From positions 197,105,741 through 197,169,740 of the forward strand of contig CM041465.1 in assembly GCA_023213395.1 (NCBI GenBank): a stretch of 64,000 nucleotides of DNA. Direction: 5' to 3'. Under the pieces are notes generated by a model. The model did not search any database, had not been told where the DNA came from, and saw nothing but the letters and a program-made list of their open reading frames with translations. Positions 39,885 to 52,260 of this stretch are shown here, piece by piece. The translations under genes and the position numbers were made by a program. This stretch comes from Cycas panzhihuaensis. Taxonomy: Eukaryota; Plantae; Cycadophyta. Within the stretch, counting starts at the first letter, position 1, and the number at the start of each line of letters is the position of its first letter.

Positions 39885-42800
39885 TTAATATTCTATATTT
39901 TTATTTTCAACATTAAGAAGATGCCTAAGATATTGAAATTTATCTTTTAGAAGTACTTTTGTGAGAATATTAGGAAGTTGTTCTATGATGCTATAGTATA
40001 ATAGACTTATCTCTTTATTTTGTACATTCTCTCTAATGAAATAATAATAAAATTTAATATGTTTCATTTTGGTATGAAACACTAGATTCTTTATTAATTT
40101 AATAACACTTTAGTTATCCCAAAGAAAGGATGTAGATTGATCTTATTTCTGCTTCAAATCTTTAATTAGTTATCTAAACTATATCATTTCGTATGTGGCA
40201 CCAACAACTACTTTATATTTTGATTTAGTCAATGACAAGACCACTTATGGACTATTTCTAGCTACTTTAGGATATAACTACATACCCAAGTAAGAAGCAA
40301 TATGCTATGGTGGACTTTTTTTCCTATTTGTCCCCTACCTAATTTGAATTACTATAGCTAACTAACTAAAGATTTGAAACTTGAGTATAGTTAAGACCCC
40401 TAGGATAATTTTGAAACTTGATCCAATGGGATAATTTTGGATGATACATATATCTAGATATAACTCCATCTGAGTATTTAATATCTGGCCTTGTAGATAT
40501 GAGGTAGATAAGACTACCTATTAACTATCTATATAGTGTTCCATCCACTGTTTATCCATCATCATTAATATTTAAAATACATCAAGTTTCCATTGGAGTG
40601 GCATATCTATTACAACCCTCCATTTGAAAAAATTGAAGGAGTTTTTTGACATATTTTACCTAAGATATGAAAATAGACTTCTTTTGTCCATTAATTTTAA
40701 TATCTAAATAATAATGTAATAGACCCATATCTATCATTTCAAATTAATCTTCTATTTGTACCTTGACTTAGCAGATTATATCATTATCATTTCTAGTAAC
40801 TATTATATCATCTACATAAACTACAATGATAGTTATTAAATTATATTTGTTTATTTTAATATAAAGACTAGGGTTTGAGTCACATCTATAAAAACCTATT
40901 TGTCATAGATGTTAATCTAGCTTTGGTTTGTTTAGGTGCCTATTTGAGTCTATACATGGCCCTTTTTAATTTATAGATAAAATGTTCTTCATCTTATTAA
41001 TTGTTGCATATACACTTCCTTAACCAAATTACTAATCAATAAGTCACTTTTAACATCAAGATGTATGGTGTTCTATTTAAATTAGGCTACCATGATTATA
41101 ACTATCCACATAGTAATTAATTTGGCTATTAATGAAAAGGTTTCCTCATAATCTATCTAGTCTATTTGAGTATAACTTTTTATAACCAATATTGCCTTGT
41201 ATCTTTTAACTGTACCATTATATTTTTCTTTTATCTTATATACCCATTTGCAACCAATGATGGGTTTATTTATAAGAGCACCCACTGATTTTTAGGTCTT
41301 ATTTTTTCTCATGGTATTGATTTCTACATCCATAGATTCTGAATAATTTTATGGTTTAATAAAGCACATTAAGTTTTGGTGTCTTTGTGGCTGGATCCTT
41401 TGTTTGAATATATTACCTTTTGATTATTCAAGAGTTTTGATCTACCACTTTAGTAATTATTTTGAAGATTTATGACTTCTACTTTGAGAGGAGTTTTATT
41501 CTTCTTCAGATATATTTTGCTCTTCTTTGAATATTTAATGCGATTTTAAGATGCTTTGCTTATTTTCTTCCTAACGTTCACTACCTAATGTATCTTTTTT
41601 TGTAGTAGTAACTGAAAAGGCTTCTTTAACTAGTATATGTAATTATATATCTCCTTTAATTTGTGTGTACTCTATATTTTCTTTTTAATTTGAATGTTCA
41701 TTAAAGGTTACATCTCTACTAATATAGATCCTATTTATTTTTAGATCTATATATTAGTATGCCTTAGAATTATTACTATATCTAATCATAATGTATTTTG
41801 TGCTTTTATTATCTAGCTTAGTTCTTCTCTTATCAGGAATATAAACATAAACTTTACTACCAAAGATTTTAAGATGACTTACATTTGGCCTTCTACTGAT
41901 CCATGCTTCTTTAGGAGTTATCTTATCCAAAGCTTGTGTAGGGTTTTTATTGATAAGGTACATTACTGTGTTGACTACTTCTATCTAATATATTTTTATT
42001 AATACCTTTTCATTTATCATGCTTTATGCCATTTCTATTATTACTATATTTATGTGTTTAATTACTCCATTTGATTGTGGTGTATATAGAATGGTTATTT
42101 ATTTCTATTTCTTATTTATTTTGTAAAAAGAATAGAAGTCATTTGAATTGTCTATTCCTTTATTAGACTAATGAATCTTAATTTTGTATTCACTCTCTAA
42201 CTTAACCTATGCTTTGAATTCTTTAAAGTAGTTTAAGACTTCTGATTTATTAAAAAAAAAATAGACCTAAAATTTTCTAAAGAAATCATTAATAAAAGTA
42301 AGGAAGTACTTAACTCCATTTATTAAATTTGGTATTATTGGCACACATAAATTAATATTAATTAATTTTAATTTTTTATGTGCTTTCCATATACATTATT
42401 GAAAATGAACTTAACGTTACTTGCTCATCATATAACTTTTGTATATAAAGGATTCAAAAGATATTTTAGGCAAACTATTCACCATATCAGAATTCTTTAA
42501 TAATTCTAATTATCTATTTGTAATGTATCCATACTTAGAATGCCAAATTTCATTAGTAGTATTGTTAATATCAAAGGACTTCATATAATGAATAGGTAGA
42601 CTAGAAATTAAAATTAGTTTATAGAGACTATCAATTTCTACTCCTTTTGTAATTTTAGTTTCATTATTTTTTATGTTATAAATATGATAGCTTCTATCTT
42701 CAATAAAAATAACTTTGAGTTCCTTTTATCTTAACTGGGATACAAATAAGAGATTTCTTTTTAGGCCAAGTATATAAAGGACTTCGCTAGATTTTTGATT

Positions 42801-43331
42801 TTATCATTAATTGAGATAGTAATAGTATCTTTCCCTTTAATTTATAAAGGAAAGTTATTACCAAGCTCTATATTTTTGTTAATAAAATATGACCCCATCA
42901 TTTTAAAGCATTCTTCTCTCCTAGTCATATGATTTGATGCTCATGAGTCTATGTATTAGTCTTCATTTTTGTTAGCATGTTTAGATAGAGCTATGATAAA
43001 GGCTATTTCTTCATCTTCTTCTTCTACCTATTCATGTCTATAGTTTCCTTCAACTCTCTTTCCTCTCTAGGTGTTATCTTGATTTTATAAGCAATGATCT
43101 AAAGAGTGTCATGTTCTTCTAAAATAGTAACAATTTGGTAAATTTTATTTTGTATAATCACTAGTTAGATGCCCATACCTTCTACAATAAAAATATTCTC
43201 TAGATTCTCAAAGTATAGATTTGCCTTTTTATTTTAATCTCCATGGAGCTCTCTCTTGTCTTTCTAGAGACCAGAATGATTTGGTTCGAAATCTAGGCCA
43301 TCCTTTAGTAAATCTGTTACATCCTCTCATC
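39885..43331 (-). pseudogene. Decayed NC-PR-INT-RT-RH of the older Copia
   Basis: IDS*ASNHMT; YTPQSNG; TPKEAW...HLKIFGS...TKLD; FHTKMKHI...FIRE...NILTK. Confidence 0.9.
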
Positions 43332-43336
43332 ATATT

Positions 43337-43669
43337 TGATGGAGCCGGAGGAGCAGAGCAGGACATCACACGACTTTCATCTTGAGTACAACGGTGATTT
43401 CTGAAAGAGTGGTGGTGTTAATAAACACCAGGGAGGTATTCCCAACCCTTAAATAGAGATTCGGGGAGGCGTCGGGCGCCATCACCCTAGCTGCACAACA
43501 ATTAAGGTTAGTTTGAAAAAGTATAAAAAATAAATAACGGTAAATACGTACCTCACGTGAGTGGTCGGTCCGGCGGGCCGAATCGGTTCAAGGTGCCCTA
43601 GGGGCCCTCAAAGGTGGCTTTGAGGGGCCCTAAGCGCCTAGTGCACAAACATTGGGATTATTCCCAACA
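43337..43669 (-). repeat. 3' LTR of young Copia (333 bp)
   Basis: Direct repeat of 51242-51576; adjacent PPT TTCTCCCC at 43670. Confidence 0.97.
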
Positions 43670-46600
43670 TTCTCCCCATAAGCCCAATGTGTATGACTCC
43701 TAAATCATCTCCGAACTTTTCAAACTTGATTTTTCCCAAGGCCTTTGTAAAAATATCCATTGCTTTGATCTTGATGCTACAATAAGTCAACTCTATCTGC
43801 TCGCTTGTACAAGTTCCGAATAAAGTGGTATTGAGTTTCAATGTGCTTTGTTCGCTGGAATAATCGGATTTTTGGTCATTTGAATAGCGCCTCGATTGTC
43901 ACACCAAATGTTAGTGGGCCTTGGCTTAATTTGAAAATCCTGTAAGAGTCTTCTTAACCGATTGATTCACGTGCTCCTAACATCGCGGCTTTATATTCTA
44001 CTTCTACCGTGGATAAGGACACGGTATTTTGTTTCTTTGAACTCCAAGCTCACTTGATCCCATACTAAATGCATAACCAGAAGTAGATTTTCTATCATCA
44101 ATATCAGCTTCAATCAATCTGTAACCTGTTAACTGAAACTCGGATGTAGGTTTGTAGTATAGTCCAAAGTTTGAAGTCCCTTTAAGGTATCTGAGGATTC
44201 TTTTAGCAGCTTGCCAATGGGATGTCTTTGGATCTTGCATAAATCTAGATACAACACTTACGGAATATGTTATATCAGGTCGAGTAGAGGTTAAATAAAG
44301 TAGGCTACCAATCAGTTGTCTATAGTGAGTGGGATCAACGGAGGTTGAGTCATCTGTCTTAGAGAGTTTAATTCCAATTTCTGCTGGTATTGATAATGGT
44401 TTACAGTTTGTCATATTAAATCTTTGTAGAAGGTCTAGTATATATTTACGTTGAGAGATAAATATTCCTTGTTTATCTTGCCACACTTCCAATCCTAGGA
44501 AGTAGTGCATAAGACCTAAGTCTGTCATTTCGAATTCCTTACACATAGCTTCTTTAAATTGACTTAAGAGTTGGGAGTCATTTCCAGATAAATTAAATCG
44601 CTCACGTAAAGTCCTACGATCAATATCGAATCTCCTTTAATTTTAGTGTATAGGTTTGGATCCGCTTGAGATCTTTCAAACCCTTGATCTTTAAGATATG
44701 TGTCTATACGGAATACCAAGCCCTAGGTGCTTGTTTTAGACCATATAACGCTTTCTTTAACTTATACACTTTGTTTTCTTCCCGACTTCAAAACCGAGGG
44801 GTTGAGAGACATAGATATCTTCTTGAATATAACCATTTAAAAGCACTTTTACGTCCATTTGATAAACAAAGCAACCCATTTGAGCTAGCTAAACTTATTA
44901 TCATGCGAATCGATTCCATTCTAGCAACTGGGCAAATGTTTGATAGTCTATGCCTTCTTTTTGGGCATATCCTTTGGCAACTAAACGAGCTTTATATTTA
45001 TCAATTGATCCATCAGAGTGGAACTTAGTCTTATAAACCCATTTGGTTCTAATGGCTTTCTTTCTTGGTGGTAAGTCTACAAGTTCCCAAGTATCATTTT
45101 TACCGATAGATTTATATTCCTCTTGCATGGCTTTTTGCCAGCACTCATGTTGATTAGCCTCACCAAAGGTTTGAGGCTCATGACTTTCAAGTAACTTACT
45201 CATTAGAGCAAAGTTAACTTTGTGTGAACGTGTAGATCTTCGATTGTTATCTAATATATTTCCTAAGTCATGATTGCGTTGAACCCATTTAGGTAGGGGT
45301 TGTAATGGTGGTTGAGGTGATGTTGTTTCCCTAGTAGTTTCTGGAGAGTTTCTCCACATAAGGGGCACATATTTAGATGTATTTGGTGCATTAAACTTAA
45401 TAGTAATGTCCTTTTGTTGTTCGTGATTATTTTGATAGTAGGTGTCTTCTTGAAATTTGACATCCCTACTGTAATAACTTTTCGGGATTTGGGATCATAA
45501 ACTTTGTAAGATTTTGAGGATTCACGATATCCAATAAAGATACATTTTACACTATGATCATCTAATTTGGTTCTTCTTTGGTCAGGGATGTGGGCATAGG
45601 CTAAACAACCAAATACCTTAAGGTGACGGATACTAGGTTTATAACTTTGTCCATGCTTCTTCCGTGTCTTCCTCTAACATCTTTTGTGGAACATCGATTA
45701 AGTAAGTAGATCATGCGGTATGGATCGCTTCACCAAAATTCATGGCCTAAGTTTTTATCTTTAAGCATACAACGTGCCATTTCTACTATAGTTCTGTTTC
45801 CTTTCACTACACTATTTTGTTGTGGGGTGTAGGGGTTGGTATGTTGTCGCCTAATCCCATGTTGGATACAAGAATCCTTGAAGATATTAGAGGTAAATTC
45901 TCCCCATTATCGGATCTTAAGGAGAGGATATGGTATCCATTTGTCGCTCAACGAAGGTTTTGAAGTCAACAAAGTGGTCAAAAGCATCGATTTGTATTTG
46001 AGAAAGAAAACCCAAGTCTTTCTTGTAAAGTCATCAATAAATGTAAGGAAATATTTGGCACCGCCAGAGGGAGTGGCCATATGGCCACAAATATCTGTAT
46101 ACGAGTTGAAGAGGGCGATGTCCGATGGCTAAAGTCCGGAAAACTTTCTATGATGTTTTCCAAGAAGGCATCCTCACACAACTCTTTATTGACATCAATA
46201 GGGGCAAGCCATTAACCATATCTAATCTTTTCATAAGGGCTAAACTTGTATAATTAAGGTGACCAAATGTCGATGCCATAGGTCACTATCCATAGTAGTT
46301 GTGGTTCTAAGGGCATATGTATCCGAGGGGTGATAGTAAGTTTAAATAAACGATCTTTAGTCATGATACCCTAGCAACAATAGCTTCATTTTGTCGCTTG
46401 TCTTTAATGACGATTCGCCGTTGTCAAAAATTATTTTATAGTCTTGTCCCATCATCCATCCTCACCGATAGTAAGTTTTTCCTTAAAGCGGGGACGTATA
46501 GAACATCATTTAAATATTTATATTCACCACTATCAGTCAATAAGGCAATGTTACCTTTTCCAATCAATTGGTGAGAAGTGTTGTCTCCAAACATAATAGA

Positions 46601-47843
46601 CCCTTTCTTATTTGTATCCAAAGTTTGAAATAATTGTTCTCTATGGGTCATGTGGGTGGAACAACCGGAATCAATGTACCAACTATCATCCTCTTCTTCC
46701 TGGTTTGAAAAAATAGATAGAAATAACCTATTGTTGATTTTAGATGTGTTTGACACATGTCCTCTAGAGGGTGGTCCATGTTTGGAAAAACACTTATCTT
46801 GGTGACCATTTCACGACAATAAGTGCAATATAGTTGATCTCTTTTTCCATAACTAAGATTTTGAGTCCTTGATGAAGAGTGATCAAAGTTGAGAGGTCTC
46901 CCCCTTTCCTCATAGAATTGAGTATGAGTATTTCTTGGTTGGTCACGATAGTTTTGAGGTGTTCTAGAAGGTTGTGGGTTCCCATGACAATGTGGACAAC
47001 AAGAATGATTTTCAACTTGTCTTTGTTGGTTAGGGTTTCTTTGAGTGTTCGAATGTCTTGGAGAATTTTCATGTTGTGGGGGTCGTCCTTGTCTATTATG
47101 AGGAGCTTGGTATCGTGGAGGATTTTGTCTAGGTTCCCTAGGGTTTTCATCTTTTCTCCTTAAAGGGATTCATTTTGTTTTGAAGGGCCATCTTGAGGTT
47201 AGATTGAATGTTGGCCTTTGTAGCAAAGGCATGTTCTAAGGTTTCGTTGGCGACTTGTTGCTCTTCTATGGACATAAGCATAGCGAAGAAGTTGTTCTAT
47301 TTTGAGGGTACTTAGGTCTTTAGATACACTAATACTTGTAGCTACCATCTCAAAGCCGCCTAACTACCCTACACATCAAGGATTCGCTCAACAACTCTTT
47401 GTTCGGTTAAGGTATCCCCAAGGGACCTCATTTGGTTAACTATGTCTTGAATCTTGGTCATAAATTCAGTTATTGATTCATGAGGCATCATACGTAAATT
47501 TTCAAACTTACTTCTTAAGTTTTGTAGTTTAGAGGACGCACCTTCATATATAAGTCAGAAGTATCCCAAGCCTCTTTGGACTTAATGGATTCACTAACAC
47601 GTGGGAAAACATGATCTTCTAAAGCGCAAAAAATAAGGGCTAAGGCTTCATTATCTTTTTTGATATTTTCTTTGTATGTAGCTTTTTCAAGACGCTTGGA
47701 TTTGATCCTAAGTCATTGTAACCATTTCTCACTATATCCCACATTTCATTTGCTATGAGGATGGGCCTCATCCTCCTACTCCAGTTAAGAAAATTATTTC
47801 CATCAAACTTAGGAATAATCATATTCCCAAAACTAGATGTCAT
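43638..47843 (-). pseudogene. gag-pol of young Copia, frameshifted in this sequence
   Basis: gag PKFDGNNFLNW; knuckle CTYC..GH; protease WYIDSGCSTHMT; INT YTPQQN; RT KARLVAKGYAQKEGIDY, EFEMTDLGLMHYFLGLEV; RH DRKSTSGY, DIFTKAL. Confidence 0.93.
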
Positions 47844-50800
47844 TTTAAATTAAGGTTGTATAAAATATGATAAATGCAATAGCAAAATATTTGAATGTAG
47901 AAAATTTGAAAGAACTTAAAATGAAAGAAATTATTTCCAAATATATATATCCCAAGGTTTTCAAAAGTTTGAACAAATGAACTAGGACCTGAAAGGCTAC
48001 TAGGCTCTAAGTTTATGTTTCTTCCGGGCAACCTTCCTGTTATTCTCACAATGGCGCCCGCCTACGATGGCAAAATAGGGACCCTTTATAATGGTGATCG
48101 AGCGCCAGGCTCTATATACCTCAAGACGCGGGTCGCTAAGAAGGCTTTGACACCCGAATTGTTGGTCCACCGCACCGGATTTATGCCTAACGATGCATCT
48201 AGCGGTGAAGGTTCTCGAACCAAAGGCACTCACCCTCTCCGTGTCTAGCCTTGGTCTCCAAACACCATAAAAGGAAAGGTTACGACCTCACCGCCACCAG
48301 ATACACACGATAGCTAATGGTTGTCCTCATCCAATATGAGTAGGCCGATTAGCGCAAAGTGGTGGTAACTTCGTGGGTCCTAACTGCTCCTTGCAAGGTC
48401 GGAAAAAGTGTGGTTCAATTCGGGATTTATCTTATTTAATGTGAAAACTAATCTATTTAGCAATGTGGTCTTGCTTAGAAAAAAGAAAAATTCTTTTGAT
48501 AATAAAAAAAATGCTCTAAGCAAGATGAAATGAAAACTTTTACAAAAAAAAACTCTTTTTGTTTTTTTTTTTCAAAAAAAATATATATAATGTCCTTCAA
48601 ACAAATATAAGATGCCTTTGAAAAGAAATGCAATTTTCCTTTAATAAGTGCAAGAAGGATGATATTTTCCAATAATGAAGAAGAACTTTGATACACTTTT
48701 AATCAAAAAAGGAAGTAATGATGCTCAAAAACTTTTCACTTATGCAAGATTTAAAATAAACTTTTGAGAATAGATAAACAGATGCCAATTTCTCAAATGA
48801 ATAATAAATCTTCAATGTAAAAAACTTCTTTTAAGAATAACTTTTATGTATTGCCTTATAAATAAATACTTGTTCAAAATAATGTAAAGTGCTTGTAGAA
48901 AGAGCAAGCAAAAAACTTTGAGTAAACTAGAATTTTCTTTACAATTTTTGAAAGGAAGACAAGCTTGTTAGGATGAATATATATACTCAACTTTAACAGA
49001 TTGAAAACGATATTGAATGAGGTCAGAATAGCTTAAAATTTTATCAATATGTAGATTGCTGAAATGTGAATCCAATAAGACAGACGGTTTTGAAAAATGA
49101 TACCAATAAGTCACGTTTTGAATGATGCTAAGAAAAGGGCCTCCTTATGGAGCCTAACAGGAGTAGGGTAGGCAAAAATTTGTAAAAAAGTACTAATTAA
49201 TCCTTAGAAAAGCTGAACAAATGATCAAATATTATTGATGAAGTAATTAATATTCTGCCAATTGAAAAAATTTTGAAAGAATATATTAACCAGGTGTAAA
49301 AAAGAGCAGATTTAGGCCAATAGAATGACTCAACTTTAGCTGATTTGAAATATAAGCAAAATATGTCAAAATATATGAAAAAATATATCACAGTGAAGAG
49401 AAATGAGTCAGCTTCCCAACGAAGCTGACGGAAATGAAAACTGATAAAAATTGCAAAAGTTATAGTGAAAAAAGTGATAAGTATCTTTATGGAGAATGGT
49501 CAAGAAACAGGTAAAATCAACTAATTTTCTTATTTTAACGATTAAAATATTAGTAAAAATGAAGTCAAAAAATTAAAGTAAAAGATGGGTATTGGAGTCT
49601 ATATGACGTAGATCACAATAGAAAAATTCTGATACAAAACAGTTTACCAACAATAAATAGCGGCATTCTAAACTGATTTTATCAAAAAAGTAAAACCTGC
49701 TGAAATTTCGAAAGTCCAATGTTAAAAGGAGTGAAACGAGGTCAAATGGGCACCAAATCGGTCTTATGACTAGTCGAAATTAATCTACGGAAAATTTCTG
49801 ATCTGATGGCGCAGGTTTCGTCTGAAACCGATGAGCCAGGGGGAAGTTATGGCCAAAAATGGGCCAATAACCCTATGGAAAAAAATGAAATTTTGAAAAA
49901 ATAAAGTTTACAATTGAAACAACACTTATTAAAACGTGTCTGAGGATGTACTGGGCTGGGATTGAATCCAAGACCAGCCAGAAAACAGGGAACCTCCGAT
50001 GCCAGGAGGGTGAACTCGCTCGTCGAGTTAAAAAACAAAAAATAAAATTATTCAAACTGTAATAACGAAGTGCCAACGTAAATCAACGTGCCAATGACAG
50101 GTCAGAAACAATAACGTATATACAAGAATATAATAACATATAAGAGCCAATGAAATGAATAGCACAACGACAAAACGCAATGGAATAAACGCGTAAGGGC
50201 GCGAATGACCAAAGCAAAACGATGCAAATCGAAATGAATAGTAGGTGCGAATGGCACAATGAATGGCCAAAGCCGAACGGGCGCCAATGACGCAATGAAT
50301 GACAATGGCGGCGGGTGGGCAACGACGCCGACGCAGCACCGAATGAAAAATCGGGACCTCAAACGCAGAAAGCAACCAAGGCCCGCGAAGGGCAAGGGCG
50401 AAAGCACCAAACGGAAAAATCAACCCGCGAAGGGCACGGAAAATTAAATGCGGAGTGTCCATACGGCGACGCAGCGCCGAGACTTAGAACGCAAAGACGG
50501 AAAGCAGGGCGGCGGCGCAGCCGATCGTCAACACTACCATTCCGGACGCAACGAAGGCGAGACGGAGAGGCGGCACAGATGCAGAGTACAGGGAGTGTAG
50601 GGCGATGGGCGAGGCGATGTGCCGAGGGCACGGTAGTGCAGAGACCGAAGAGCGCAGTAGCACAGACGCAGAGGTCGAATGAAGACGCAGAGGCGAGACG
50701 AGAAAGGGCCGAGACAGAGACAATCAATGACACACGGAGCCGATTCCAATACGCAGAGCAAGGAATGCCCATAGACGGGCAGCACACAGGGCACGTTTTG

Positions 50801-51227
50801 AAGTAGATATCACACAGAGCGGCCAGAGGCTGGATAACACGCCAAGACTGCACTGCAGAGCAGGCTAAGAGGCTAAGAAGCACGAAGGCGCCTAAGAGAA
50901 GAGAGTTGATTTGACAAGTAGACTATATATATATATTCAGATTGACGGTGATTGCAAACCGCAAATTTATCAAGCTAAAAACATATATCAAAAGATTTAT
51001 TTATTTGTTTATATGTTTGAAAATATGAAAACAAAAACGAAGAACCTGGTTTCCGTGTGGAGAGCAAACTTCCGAGCGGGAGATCTTCCTCCACAGTGGA
51101 TGGAATCCAACTGCCTTCTCCAGCAGATCGGTGAGCTCGCCAGAATCTCAACGAGAAGTCATATAGCTATGTTCCGTCAGACTTTTGAGCAACTAAAATC
51201 AGAAAAATGACAACCTAGCTCAACTTA

Positions 51228-51239
51228 GCTCTGATACCA
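51228..51239 (-). promoter_or_regulatory. tRNA-iMet PBS of young Copia
   Basis: GCTCTGATACCA, 2 nt from the LTR. Confidence 0.95.
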
Positions 51240-51241
51240 AA

Positions 51242-51576
51242 TGATGGAGCCGGAGGAGCAGAGCAGGACATCACGCGACTTTCATCTTGAGTACAACGGC
51301 GATTTCCGAAAGAGTGGCGGTGTTAATAAACACCAGGGAGGTATTCTCAACCCTTAAATAGAGATTCGGGGAGGCGTCGGGCGCCATCACCCTAGCTGCA
51401 CAACAATTAAGGTTAGTTTGAAAAAGTATAAAAAATAAATAACGGTAAATACATACCTCACGTGAGTGGTCGGTCCCAAGGCCACGAATCGGTTCAAGGT
51501 GCCCTAGGGGCCCTCAAAGGTGGCTTTGAGGGGCCCTAAGCGCTCTAGTGCACAAACATTGGGATTATTCCCAACA
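51242..51576 (-). repeat. 5' LTR of young Copia (335 bp)
   Basis: Direct repeat of 43337-43669. Confidence 0.97.
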
Positions 51577-51581
51577 ATATT

Positions 51582-52260
51582 TCTAGATAGTCCCTTATTT
51601 TCAAGACTCAACTTTGAGAGAAATACATCTTTGATCCCTATTTCTTCTTTATATATTTTGTTTCTTTGTTCTCGTTGTAGCATGTGCTCTATTAAGGTGT
51701 AAACAGACACATTTGCTGTATGCTCACCTATGGTAAGTGTATTTACTATAGTATTAAATGATTTTGGTAATATATTGATAATTAGATGAACAAGTTTAGA
51801 ATTAGTTATACTTCTCTCTATGGAAATTAAACCATTCTTGATCTTAACTATCTTAGTTATAAAAGTTGACACACTTTCTTCTTCTCTAAGATTGGCCCTA
51901 TATAACTGTTGTTTAAGAGATATAATCTGTGCTCCATTCTTTTGGCTATATAGTGAGGCTATAAATTTTCAAGCTTCTAAGAAGGTAGAGATAGAACTTA
52001 TGTGGCTCATTAAGGAATCTCCTATAAGTGATATAATTATAGCTAAAGTTATTCTATCCCTCTCATCTTAACTAATTATATCTACTATATCTATGGGTTT
52101 AGCCTCCTTGCCTATGACTATGAATCATGAATTTTTTACCATTAAGAGACCTTGTATTTTAAGTTTCCATATCCTATGGTTTTACCCTATGAGTTTATCA
52201 AATTCTTCAAGGAAAAAAATTGAGGCTATTTTGAGTGAATGTTTAGTATTTAAATGGAAA
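51582..52260 (-). pseudogene. gag (UBN2-like) of the older Copia
   Basis: EEESVSTFITKIVKIKNGL...ILPKSFNTIVNTL; lies between the PBS/leader and the young insertion. Confidence 0.8.

Larger units (their letters stand above)
43337..51576 (-). mobile_element. Young, structurally complete Ty1/copia LTR retrotransposon (8240 bp)
   Basis: Near-identical TG...CA LTRs; perfect TSD ATATT (43332-43336 and 51577-51581); PBS, PPT and gag-PR-INT-RT-RH order. Confidence 0.97.

Noticed and set aside
46794-47163. 118-aa and 94-aa ORFs as overprinted genes
   Set aside because: They are shadow frames of the low-complexity gag segment
50052-50883. Overlapping 79-174 aa ORFs on both strands as real genes
   Set aside because: Expected in GC-rich, stop-poor, low-complexity DNA; no recognisable domain
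51499-51549. Helitron 3' end (hairpin followed by CTAG-T)
   Set aside because: It is an integral part of both LTRs; no Helitron 5' end or RepHel sequence seen
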